Below, piece by piece: positions 51,401 through 62,278 of a stretch of 64,000 nt of DNA. Source of the stretch: Saccostrea cucullata. Taxonomy: Eukaryota. The translations under genes were made by a program, and so were the position numbers. The stretch is from contig NW_026929448.1 of the NCBI RefSeq assembly GCF_032062105.1, positions 248,001 to 312,000 on the forward strand, read 5' to 3'. A model generated the notes under the pieces. The model ran no database searches. It saw nothing but the letters and a program-made list of their open reading frames with translations, and had not been told where the DNA came from. How positions within the stretch are numbered: the first letter of the stretch is position 1; every line of letters begins with the position of its first letter.

Positions 51401-52786
51401 TGGCAAGACTTGCGACGTATGTGCTAGGAATAAGCAAGCTTCGCTGCGGAACAGATCAGAGCTCAAGAGCTACCAAGCCGGAAGCCCGATGGAGAGGGTA
51501 CATCTAGACTTTCTCGGGCCGCTTCCCCGAACTGATAGCGGGAACGAATACATCCTCATGATGGTTGACAACTTTACCAAGTGGGAAGAGTGCATTCCGC
51601 TTCCGTCTCAGACAGCGGAAGTAACCGCCCGTTCCGCTATCAATGACTTCTTTTCTCGATTTGGCTATCCTTACGAAATCTTTACAGATCAGGGCCGTAA
51701 CTTAGAGAGTGAGCTGTTCTGTAAGATTTGTGCCATGTTAGGGATCCATAAAGCCAGGACCACACCCTACCGTCCGTCAGGGAATGACCAGGTAGAGCGC
51801 TACAACCGCACTCTAATATGGACGCGGTTCGTTGCTACGTAGATGGCCAGCCCAAGTCATGGGATAAGTACCTAGGCCCATTGGCTGGAGCGTTGCGGTC
51901 CGCGGTAACCCGCCATACTGAATACACTCCAAATCGTCTCATGCTGGGTAGAAAAGTAAATATACCAGCGACATTGATGTTCGCCCCACCGCCTTCCACG
52001 TCTTTTCAAAATGGGGAGGAGGGTGAGGTAGACAAATATGTACGTGATCTAGAACAAATTGTTCAGAGCGCGCACGACATTGCCCGCGGAAAACTAAAAG
52101 TCGCGCAAAAGGCAATGAAAAGGTCTCATGACATTAGGGTCCGTACCAGTAAGTTCAAGGTCGGAGATTTGATCTACTGGCGCCGCAATGCGGGAAAAAA
52201 GGTAGAGTCAGTATGGAGGGGTCCTGGGATAATAACCGAAGCCAAATCGGACACAATATTTGTTGTAAAATCTCGGCGCGAGGTCAAGGTCATACACCAT
52301 GACAAGCTTAAAAGGTGCGAGTCCAGGCAACTCCCCAAATGGTTAATAAACTATAAGAATAAGTTGCCCGGACAGTCAGTAGCCCGAGATGGGGATAGTT
52401 CTCCTACACGTGATGTGGTAGCACCGCTGGGGACCGCAGACTCAGGAATTAGTCCTGAGAGCCCGGGGAACGGGGGTCACTCAAAAGCTAGCCCCAAGCC
52501 AGCAGAGTCAGTAGGTCAGTACATGGGTACCCGCAAACGGGTTAGGGAGAGATTAGCTCAATCTAGACAACCCCAATCGCCCATGAGACCTAGAGCCACT
52601 AGGGGGACGAGAGCTAAGAAATATTGTGTTTGCCTACAGTCTAATCCCAAGGGAATGATGGTGCAGTGCGACAAGTGTCGGGACTGGTTCCATCCGGGGT
52701 GCGTAGGTATAAGTGAGGACTACGCCAAGTCGATACCTCAATATATCTGCCCCGAATGTAGTCCTGTCGGAGTCGACACTGGTTAG
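48480..52786 (+). pseudogene. pol: Inner Gypsy pol: protease, RT, RNase H, integrase, C-terminal PHD finger; disrupted
   Basis: IDTAA; WCVDYRALN, FSKLDA, FLDD (RT); ETDAS, RKELLA, TDHHSL, NADALSR (RH); HLDFLGP, TDQG, QVER (IN); C4HC3 PHD at 52622-52759. Stops at 49846, 50937 and about 51333; frameshifts near 50100 and 51815. Confidence 0.92.
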
Positions 52787-52942
52787 TTAGAGCAGTTAGG
52801 TTTCCGCAATGATGCGGAAGCATGTGCAAGTCTCAGGTTTACATCAGGTTAGGGTAGACTTGTACATGAAGTAGTAAGTTAGACATAGGTCTGATAATCT
52901 TACCTGTCTTTGTAGGTTCATAAGTGATGTCTAAGGAAGTTG

Positions 52943-53676
52943 ATGAGTGTGTCTTTGAGTGCAGAAGCTCCGCCGATGAAGAGATGCGTAACTTATGGTT
53001 TACGAGAGGAACCCCTCTCGGAGTTGGGTAATCCGCATTGGGTTGTAGCTCAGGGGATTTCCCCTGGGTCTGCGGACTTCGTTCTGCAGTCCGGTGTAGC
53101 CGGCGTTGTCGGAGAGTGTAGAAGCAAGAACTTTGTGATTGGGGAGATTGGACTGGATTACTCCAGTCCAGCCACTCAGAGGTGCCAGAGGTTCATGTTG
53201 GCGGAGTTCTTCCGCCAAGCGATGTTCAGTACGGGGATGATTTTGGTTGTGAAGGGAACAGCGGACGACCCTTTGGGCCGCGTCCCTACACAAGATTGCC
53301 TTACCCTGATGGACGGGATGTTTGTTCCCATCCTAGTACCTATCTTTGTCCGTGGTTTCACTGGTGGACCGGAGCAGGTTAGGCTCTGGGTGAAGTCTGG
53401 CAGACCCGTATTCTTTGGAATCGGAGGTAAGATCGCGGAAATGTCAGCGACCCAGTTGTCGGGAGTCAGAGCTATTCCTATGGACCGACTGTTAGTCGAG
53501 TCGGATAGTCCTTTTTTTTTCCTTGTGGAGTTGAGCCGCCGATGGGCCCCAGGCACATCGGGGAAGTTTACCGTCGGGTCGTCGCAGCGAGGGGACAGGA
53601 CGTCGCCTTGCTAGCGGGTCTTGTGTTCAGGAACTTTAGAGTGTTCTTTGGACCCCAGTTGAGGGGATTCTTATAA
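52943..53676 (+). CDS. TatD-like TIM-barrel nuclease homologue carried by the Gypsy (one -1 frameshift at the T-run 53512-53520)
   Basis: VIGEIGLDY, RGFTG, FFGIGG and IPMDRLLVESDSP. The -1 frame continues PCGVEPPMGPRHIGEVYRRVVAARGQDVALLAGLVFRNFRVFF, resembling the TatD terminal helices. TAA at 53674-53676. Confidence 0.8.
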
Positions 53677-54115
53677 ACTACTGCTGTTATAGCCGGGATG
53701 TATAGCCCGCATTACTTACCTGAGTTTACCTGAATCGGGAGCAGATAGTCCTGATGTCTTTGCCGCACTATAGATGTCGCCTTAGATGTACTAAGCAGAG
53801 CCTATCCAGATGTATCAAAGTTAGACCACTTGGTTGACGACATGAGTCGGATGGTAACAACGAGGGACCTCGTGGTGTTCCGAGACGACGCGGAGGATGA
53901 GTGACTGTGTGATATGAACTGTTTAATCTGTGATTTTTATTATTATAGAGACATTAATGTTTAAAGTTTTATTATTGTGTGAATGCATGTGTATGTATGT
54001 ATGATAGGCCCTGTTAGGTGTTAATTATTATTATTGTTTGTACATCTTAATTGCCCCATTGTATATATATATATATATTACGGGCCGGGACGCCCTATTA
54101 TAAAATGGGGAAGAG

Positions 54116-54369
54116 TGTGGTGGTCCTGGAGGAGCCGGGGACGAATTCCCCGGTAGCCTCCGATCACGTGTCCAGCAATGATGCGGTATGACGTAACACT
54201 CTCTCTCTTGTGCTGATTGTTGAACCGATTGGACGTGTTACCTTATTCTCTGTAAGTCACTGTATTATTGTCACATATATTTGGCGACCACTAACTAATA
54301 AACGCGCGGAATTTTACCATAGTGTTTCTGTTGTCCGCCATCACAGATATATAATACAGAAATACTATA
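54116..54369 (+). repeat. 3' LTR of inner Gypsy
   Basis: Follows the PPT; repeat of 45696-45949. Confidence 0.95.
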
Positions 54370-54390
54370 CCTTCTTTGTTAAGTTCCTTA

Positions 54391-54403
54391 ACTTCTGACA
54401 CCA
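54391..54403 (-). promoter_or_regulatory. Primer-binding site of outer Gypsy, tRNA-Leu-like
   Basis: TGGTGTCAGAAGT directly abuts the 5' LTR on the minus strand. Confidence 0.8.
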
Positions 54404-54536
54404 TGTCATATAAGTCGTCGGAGTCGCATCACAAAGACAACCACATGGAGGTTTCCATCTTTATTCTGTTAACTAATGTAAAACATAAAACCCAAATCTA
54501 ACACATTGTATAATTCCGGATTACTGATACATGACA
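54404..54536 (-). repeat. 5' LTR of outer Gypsy
   Basis: Repeat of 36483-36615; flanked by the TSD AACAC. Confidence 0.95.
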
Positions 54537-55509
54537 AACACCATTTCTCCATATGTATATATCAAATGTAACAAAAATCCCCAAATACTTAACTTCTTTT
54601 TTCATTATATTGCTACTGTATCAATTTTGGGTATAAGGATATTGCATTTGTCTTTTTGTAATTTTGATGAAAAACCATTCTTATCCTTCATCTCTGACTC
54701 TCATGCACATGAATTATAATTTATTTGTACCGAAAATTAAAAAAGTTTGACCATTCTTTTCTCGTGACATATTTGAAGCTGATTTGTAAATAATTGTTTT
54801 TAAAATAAAAATGTTAAATTAAATACAAATATACCATAATAAAATTCGTGATTATCTTCCTTTGAATCAGTTTTTATTTAGTATAACCATGTAAAACATG
54901 CTGACAAGAATGAAATAGCCACAACACGGTCACCCAAGCGTTCAGTGTAAAGGAATTATTCTGTCACAGGTAATTAAAGCGCTGTGATGTCGACCCCATT
55001 ATTATCCCATTTTTGTGTATGGTGGCTTATGTGGGTAATAACTTGTATGTCGCTTTGAGTATTTAACTGTGTAACTTGATCATGTGTTTACAATTGTCCC
55101 GTTCTACGTCGTTTTGTGTATCGTGTACAGTGTATGGTGCACAGTGTACGGACTGGGAGTATGGTGTGATGTAAAATATTACCGTTGTATGGACAGACAA
55201 GAGCCAGAATACTATGTACAATATGTTAACTATATAAGTATGAAAACGTTTTTGAGTTTCTTGATTTTTTGGAGAATACTAGGGAAAGAACCCGCAACAT
55301 TGATTACCGGTCTTGTAGAGTAGGCTTTCCCCCCTAAATTCTTCGCCCCCACCCGGAAAACTGGCTCTAGAGTAGGATTCCCCCTCCCGGAAATTTGTCT
55401 CTAGAGCTGGATTTCCCCCGCAGGGGTGATAAAGAAGCATACAAAATATTCTACCTAAATCAGTGCTTAGATTATGACGTCATAGTAGGCGAGATGACGC
55501 CAATTTTAG

Positions 55510-56523
55510 AACACAAGTTTTCGTAATATTGGTATTTAGAGATGTAATTTAACTCTAGAAAATGAATAGAAACGTGTAAACATTCACAAAAATAAAATGT
55601 TTTTATTTTGTTATGATGTATCTGTCATCTTGATTAAAATCTACCACCGATGACGTCATATGTGTACATCAAGTAACTTGGGAATCGATCATGTCGTGTA
55701 AAGAGAATTTGGCCTAGATGGCATGTACAAAGATACGTAAAATGGAGCTTTAAGGCAAATATCGTGAATATTATGTGAAATTCATATGGAGTTCAGTTTA
55801 TTAAACATGTATGCTAATTTATTTTTATTGATTATATTCTCTTCCGAAGACAGTCAGCTATATATGTATCCCGGTCGGCCTTTCCTCTGTCGTTCGTGAC
55901 AAAAATAATGCAACAGAACAACAATAAGCTGGATATTTCAAAACATAATATTTGTATAGATGGAAAGTTTGCCTTATAGCAAACATGGAAAGTGCTGCTA
56001 GAATCCCGAGTTAAGCATGGTTTTACGAAAAATCTCGGTTCATACACAGGGGCATCTTATCCACTCTGTTCTCTACTTCACATATGAAAATACACGTTAT
56101 ATGTGAAGTAGAGAACAGAGTGGATAAGATGCCCCTGTGGTTCATATGCATAAAATTCAAAACGTAGGGTAAGGTTTCGTGCGAATATGTGGAATAATTA
56201 ATTTACTGACAGGACTGTGGGATTCTAGCAGCACTTTCTCAACAAAATAGATGTTTTTCAACAATATTATTTACTCAAAGAAATTATTAACTCCGGGGTA
56301 TTGTTGTTCTGTTAGCTTTTTTATTAAGGAGAATTTCGCTATTAATAGAAGTCACGTGATGCCGTGGTGGTGGTGCACTTCTTTGCATTAGACACACTTT
56401 TATCTGTATGCAATAGTTACATGTAATAACAGTTTACATTTATCAGCGATTTGGTAATTCGTCAAACTTATTTTTCTTTAAAAAGTCTAAATTTTCCGAG
56501 AAATGACTTATATTCTTCCTTAA
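55510..56523. repeat. Dispersed repeat, paralogue of 3048-3842, with inserted MITEs
   Basis: Colinear similarity with extra segments. Confidence 0.7.
56045..56139. mobile_element. 95-bp hairpin MITE with 7-bp TSD
   Basis: Perfect 41-bp arms and a 13-bp loop; GTTCATA duplicated; empty site at about 3476-3490. Confidence 0.9.
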
Positions 56524-57009
56524 GGTCAAGATCTAGTAAATAACATGAGACTAATATTTTGGTGCTAGATCCATTATGACGTCATAATCAATTTCAACTT
56601 TCTTTTTCCCGTACTTTACGGCTATAGCAAAATTATGTAGAAAATAGGGTAGTTTCATGTCATTCAATTTGAAAGCATATAAAAAGTAAAACGGATACCT
56701 ATATTAAATTTGATATTGATTTAAAGAAGAGGTCCTGAACATACTTATCACCGTTTTCTGTGAGACTGTAGGCAATCTAGATACATTTCCTTTGCCGAAT
56801 ACGAAAAAAAAATCCCATATTCATGACTGGTTTTCCTAATTTTTCATTAAAAATGACAGTTCCATATACAGTTTTTCATTTTGTTTACCTACAAATTATG
56901 CCCCGAAACACCTTATGTGACCAAGTTCAAGTTGTAAAGCATCAATAAAGGAATTTTTTTCTCAAGTTTGATAAATCTGTATGCACCTTTCATTTACTAG
57001 ATCTTGACC
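56524..57009. mobile_element. Kolobok-like MITE
   Basis: TTAA|ggtcaagatctagtaaat ... atttactagatcttgacc|TTAA; empty site at about 3839. Confidence 0.8.
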
Positions 57010-57139
57010 TTAACATAACTGCGCCTACAGAAATCCCACACCAGAGTCATTTTCCGGGGAGAAATCCTACTCTGTGTTGTAGTTATAGAGTGCGATTTCC
57101 CCCAGAGTCAATTTTCCCTCCAATAAATATACTCGAGTA

Positions 57140-57728
57140 ACTGTAATGCCCGGGCCTGTACACGAAGTTTCGGGGTATATAGTTTATGCTATGTCGGTCC
57201 GTTTGTCTCTCTGTAACAGAGAGACAGTCTGTCTGTCCGGCTGTTCGTCCGCAAAAACTTTAACCTTGCCCATAACTTTTGATTTAGTACAGCTATGACT
57301 TTCATATTTCACATGTGTATTTCTTGTGACAAGACCTTTTCTTGGTCACCACCAAATTTAACCTTTTGACCTTGCCTTTGGAGTTTGACCCACTTTTACA
57401 CAAAATGTACATAGAAATATATAGGAAAAAACTATCCCCAGGGGTAAGGCGGGGCCACAATAAGGAACACAATTTTTGATTTTAAGTTGAAATATATAGG
57501 GAAAAAAATAAAATTTTCCTCAAAGGAACTAATGGTCCAGAAAAGCAGAAACTTATGTGAAGGTATCCGTATGTAGTGTACATATGTAGATTTTGAATTG
57601 TCCATATTATTACCTATGTGGTAGTGTTGGGTCACAATATACTGTTATATTACAAGAGGGGCGATTCGGTAAAGAGCAGCATAGTCAACGCTACTCAGGT
57701 GAGCGATTTGGCCCATGGGCCTCTTGTT
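57140..57728 (+). mobile_element. Composite/degenerate HINE-type sequence
   Basis: gtcc/gtct microsatellite and 3' end ctcaggtgagcgatttggcccatgggcctcttgtt. Confidence 0.55.
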
Positions 57729-58151
57729 TAAAGATGGACACTAGGGATTCCAACCCCGCATATGTTATGCGTTATCTTGCGCCTGGATCGATGGATCTGA
57801 GGCATGTGTTGTTTTCGTCCTGTCTGTCTGTTTTTTTGTTTGTCTAATTGTCTGTCTTATCAACTAGAGACTTCATATTTAGTATGCATTTTCCAATAAT
57901 TGAGTATTTTCAAATGACACACCAGTGTTAATGACTTCCTGACCTTGATTGTGTCATGTGTGCTATAAATAGTTTTTTCGAACTTTGCTGCCGCCGGGTG
58001 CATAGTGCTTCACAAACACATCTTGTTATATCCCCCCCCCGCTTGAAAAGTGGGAGGGTGTACTGTAATCGATATGTCCGTCCGTCCGACTAGCTGTCTG
58101 TCTGTCTGTTTCGCTTTGTAATACCAATCTTTTATCTGCGACTCCTCTTAT

Positions 58152-60085
58152 CTTTTTTTATTGGCTCTTTCTTCATATACAAATCTATAAAATAGAAAAG
58201 CATGCAACAAATTCAACTATAGACAATAACATCTATCTACATCTTTTAGGACAATGTTTCTGATTTATAAATCATTAAAAATTATTGTGGAGCTTACTAT
58301 ATACATAAATTTATACAAATTATCTGTTCATTGTTTTAACAAAGAAATCTATTACAGGGGAAATTACATTTTGATTTTAACACTTAATTTAATAGTATAG
58401 TATATAAAAAATATAATAAGATCTAAGATAATTATTATAATATATCTAATATTGGTTGCCAGATTTCATTAAAATTATCTAAATCACTATTTGAGCAATA
58501 CACTTCTTTTTTAAGCAGTAATTTCTTTTTCAACATATTTAAAAAGTTGTGAAACTCTGGTACATTTACTTTTCTAATGACATCCAAATTAGATACTGTC
58601 ACCGAATGTATATATGACTTTGCGAGCAAAATGCAGTAATTCAAACAGTCACATTTTCTCTCATATAGACCTAAAATATCATTTTTACAAGAAAGATTTT
58701 CTACATTGAATATGTGTAGATCATTTCACCATGTTAGAAAATGGTTCCAAAAAGTTGCAACACAAGTGCAATAATAAAATTTGTGTTCTAAAGTATCTTC
58801 TTTTTTACAAAATAAACATTGTGCTGAAGTTTGAATTTTCATTTGAAAAAGTAGTTTATTATGTGATAAAAATCTATGAGTTAGCTTATATTGAAAAGAC
58901 TGTAATGATGTTTCATTAGAACACACAAAAGGTAGCATAAATTTTTTTTCTAAGTCTGCAGGTGAAAAGTTTGTGTTAAATATTTTCTTCCATTTTTGTA
59001 CACATGTTGGTACTTCATTTAGACTTTCTATTATAATCCAGTAAAAGTCTTAACAAGATAATTTTGACAATGGACTTATTTTATCATTGAATCTTAAGAT
59101 CAAAGAATCTCTATTGATTAAAACTTTTTTGTTTTGCCTTAAGTATTTTCGCCAATGATATGGAATGGCATTCCTTAAACAAAAGTAATCAAATAAAGAT
59201 ACATTTAAGTCATGCTGTTTATCTAATTCCTCATGACTTAAAAAATCATTATTATCACCTAAAATATCTCCAATATATAAGATTCCTTTTGTGTACCATT
59301 TTTTCCAGAACACAGTTTCATTATTGATTTTAATGTTATCATTGAACCAAAGAGCTTCTTTAAAAATTTTTGGTTCAATATCAATATCCTTACATCTTAG
59401 TTGTGTCCATGTTTCAAAAATTTCTTTGTAAAACTGTGGTAATGTTAAATCTGTATATAGGCTATTTAAGCAACCTCTGCTAATTATAAAGTCATTTGAT
59501 ACTATATCCTTCAGATAATATTGAATTGTACTTCTCCATCTTGCTTTTGTATTACTAAATATCCTTCTAACCCAACCAAGTTTTAATGATTTCATTTGTG
59601 CTTCAAAATTAGGAACTTTCAATCCACCCTTATTAATTTTTTGGCAAGATACTGAACTTTTAACCTTTGGTTTTTCATTATTCCATATGAACTTATTCAG
59701 TTCTTTAGACACTTCCTTTATCATTTGTGGGGGAAGTGGAAGTACTTGTGCTTGATATACTATTTTAGATATTGCTAAAGTTTTTTACTATTAGAATTTT
59801 GCCAATAAGTGTTAAGTTCCTCATTTTCCATAAATTCAAAGTTGCTTTTAGTTCATCTAGTTTTGTATTTAAGTTTTCAGAAAGAACTTTTTGTTCCCCA
59901 CTTGAACTAAACCAAATTCCAGGGGTAAAAAATTCACCTTTTGACCATTTTACTGGCAGAATTACTGGTTTGAAGTTTTTATTCTTTCCTATCCAAATTG
60001 CTTCAGTCTTATTCAAATTAATTTTCAATCCAGAACAATGCTTAAAATTTTGAATAACATTTAACTCCTCTTATACTACTTCGTG
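58152..60085 (-). mobile_element. 5'-truncated L1/Tx1-clade LINE (ORF2 C-terminal half, disrupted)
   Basis: CSGLKINLNKTE, LTLIGKILIVK, FIWN...GGLKVPNF and zf-RVT-like CLFC...TLEHKFYYC across four broken ORFs. AATAAA with an A-run at about 58153-58162 on the minus strand. Confidence 0.88.
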
Positions 60086-60097
60086 AAATTTAATATG

Positions 60098-62278
60098 AAC
60101 AAGAGGCCCATGGGCCTTATAGGTCACCTGAGCAACAACTTTCCAGTGATTGAATATGATTCATGTTTTAAGCCAGATGCTATGGCGTTCACAATTTTGA
60201 AAGAAGCGTCATTGATCATCATAACTATAGTATACACTCAGCAGATACTTAGTTTGGTTACTTAACTCTTTTCCCCCTAATGCATTACATCCTTTACCCC
60301 CTGATGCCACCATTTGACGCTATGCCCCATTTCCCTGATGCCACCATTTGACGCATACACACAACAACCCTAAATTAGCTCTGAGATTTCCCTTGTTTCT
60401 AAATAAATTCAGCTCTAAATGATAGCGAATCATGTGTATTACACATTAGGTAATGTCACTAAAATTAGTAAAATTCACATGAGATTTACCTGTGTGAAAA
60501 CAATGGCACCCAGTTTGTTTACAAGAAGAAATTGGGCCTTGTCAAAACAAAATTCAGCCTTAATATTGCATTTTATGTAACATACCTTGGATTGTATTTG
60601 TAATTTCAATGTTTTTACATCAGTTCCAAAGTTGAATTTTATAGAAATAAAATTTTACAATGGAAATTAGAGGAAGAACATCATAGAATCTTTAACAAGA
60701 ACAACAATGGCGGCCACAAATTTCCCATGTGTTTTATGAGTACTAAATAATCTACTTTCAGCATTTTTTTCATCTGGGCATTGATTTAGATAAAAAAGAT
60801 GTGTTAATTTATTTTCCCCAAGACTTTTGCAAGAAATGGTCAACTAAATATATAAAATATTTATAAACAACATGCCTGTTTGACATGATTGTGAAGTTTA
60901 GTTGGCTCAAGTCTAAGATAATTACATATCATTATTAATCTATCTTAATCAATATTAATTAAACAAAACATAATGACCCTTTTAATTGATTTGGTATTAT
61001 ATTTTAAGTTTACTGGTATGTTTTATAGAAAATTTCTCTCATAGAAAGGATAATATATGAAGATTAGTTGTGAAAAATTCATTTTACCTGGTTTCACCTA
61101 TATATTGTTAATTGTAGATCAATTATTCTTAAAAAAATATATGACAATACTAAAGTTCAATCCATTCCCCAAACATTGTTATATAATATGTCACACTTTA
61201 ATAATGTTTTGATACTTAATTAGCATGTTTTAAATGTAATGGTCAGTCATTTCAAGTCAGTCAAAATGGCTTCAGGGGGCAGCCAGATAAACACGCTAGG
61301 GAAATAGCAAGTGCGTCAAATGGTGGCAACAGGGGAAAAAGAGTTAATACCCATGGGCAGGGTAGAGGAACAAAAAATGCATTTCAACTAAACAGTAATA
61401 TTCAGCAATAATCAGTTGTGCCCCTGCCACACATGAACCCCTGATCCTTAGGTCTAGATCCACACATTGCACAATTTTTGAAAAGGCATCCTTGCTTTTA
61501 TAGAAATATTTAATTCATACCAAGAAGCAGATTTCAAACAATTCATTCATATTCAGTCTATAAGTACAGCCCCCCTATGGTACCCCTCACCCTGGGACCT
61601 TGAAATTCACAATTCTGGAAGATTAGGGCCCTTGTTCATAACTATAGAGGTAGTTCATCTGCTTAATACCCAGGAGCAGAGAAGATTTTCAAAGAAATAA
61701 TGTATTTTCCCTACATAATCAATAGAGCTCCACACAATTTTGGTAGAAGCACTCTTGCTCATCATAACTATGCACTTAGTTAGTTCATTTAAATACCCAG
61801 GAGCAAAGAAGATTTTCAAAGAAATAATGCATTTTCACTGTATACTTATTTAGCCCCGCCCTAGCACTAGAACCTCTGACCCCAGGGCCATGAATTTCAC
61901 AATTTTGGTAGAGGACTCAATGCTGATTACAATCATACTAACAGTTTGACTGCTTGATGTCCAGGAGTAAAGAAGAAGATTTTTAAAAATTGCATTAATT
62001 TTAGTGGTTTTGGCCCCACCCCTCAGACCCCAGGGGGGCAGGGATCATGAAATTCACAATTGTTGTTCCCCTTCAGCCATAGATGCTTTGTGCCAAATTT
62101 GGTTGGAATTGGATTTGTGGTTGCAGAGAAGAAGCCGAAAATGTTCAAATGTTAACGCACGACGCACGCCGACGGACGAAAACGGATAGCAAAAATTTAC
62201 AAAAAGGCAGACGGACGGACGCCCGACAAAATGTGACCAAAAAATCCCACTAGATGTTTCAGCTCATGTATGCTAAAA
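60098..62278 (-). mobile_element. HINE-type element(s) with a nested MITE
   Basis: aacaagaggcccatgggccttataggtcacctgag start, degenerate monomers 61480-62080, gacg microsatellite, degenerate terminal hairpin. Confidence 0.6.
60266..61343. mobile_element. piggyBac-like MITE
   Basis: TTAA|ctcttttcccc ... ggggaaaaagag|TTAA with subterminal tgccaccatttgacgc inverted repeats. Confidence 0.65.

Larger units (their letters stand above)
45696..54369 (+). mobile_element. Ty3/Gypsy LTR retrotransposon (8.7 kb) with PHD-finger integrase and extra TatD-like ORF
   Basis: 254-bp LTRs at 45696-45949 and 54116-54369 (3 mismatches); PBS TGGCGCTGCGAGCAGGGTT; PPT AAAATGGGGAAGAG (54102-54115); imperfect 4-bp TSD CTTT/CCTT. 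Confidence 0.95.
36483..54536 (-). mobile_element. Ty3/Gypsy LTR retrotransposon (Mag-like), about 4.7 kb native length, interrupted by two insertions
   Basis: 133-bp LTRs at 36483-36615 and 54404-54536 (TGTCAT...ATGACA, 1 mismatch); TSD AACAC (36478-36482, 54537-54541); PBS TGGTGTCAGAAGT; PPT next to 36616; gag-PR-RT-RH-IN order. Confidence 0.95.

Noticed and set aside
52943-53676. Bacterial contamination or a host TATDN gene
   Set aside because: The ORF lies between matched LTRs, contiguous with pol, and has the element's base composition. Its ultimate origin cannot be determined without a phylogeny.
45696-54536. Inner LTRs more diverged (3/254) than outer LTRs (1/133), an apparent age paradox
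   Set aside because: Counts are too small to differ meaningfully.
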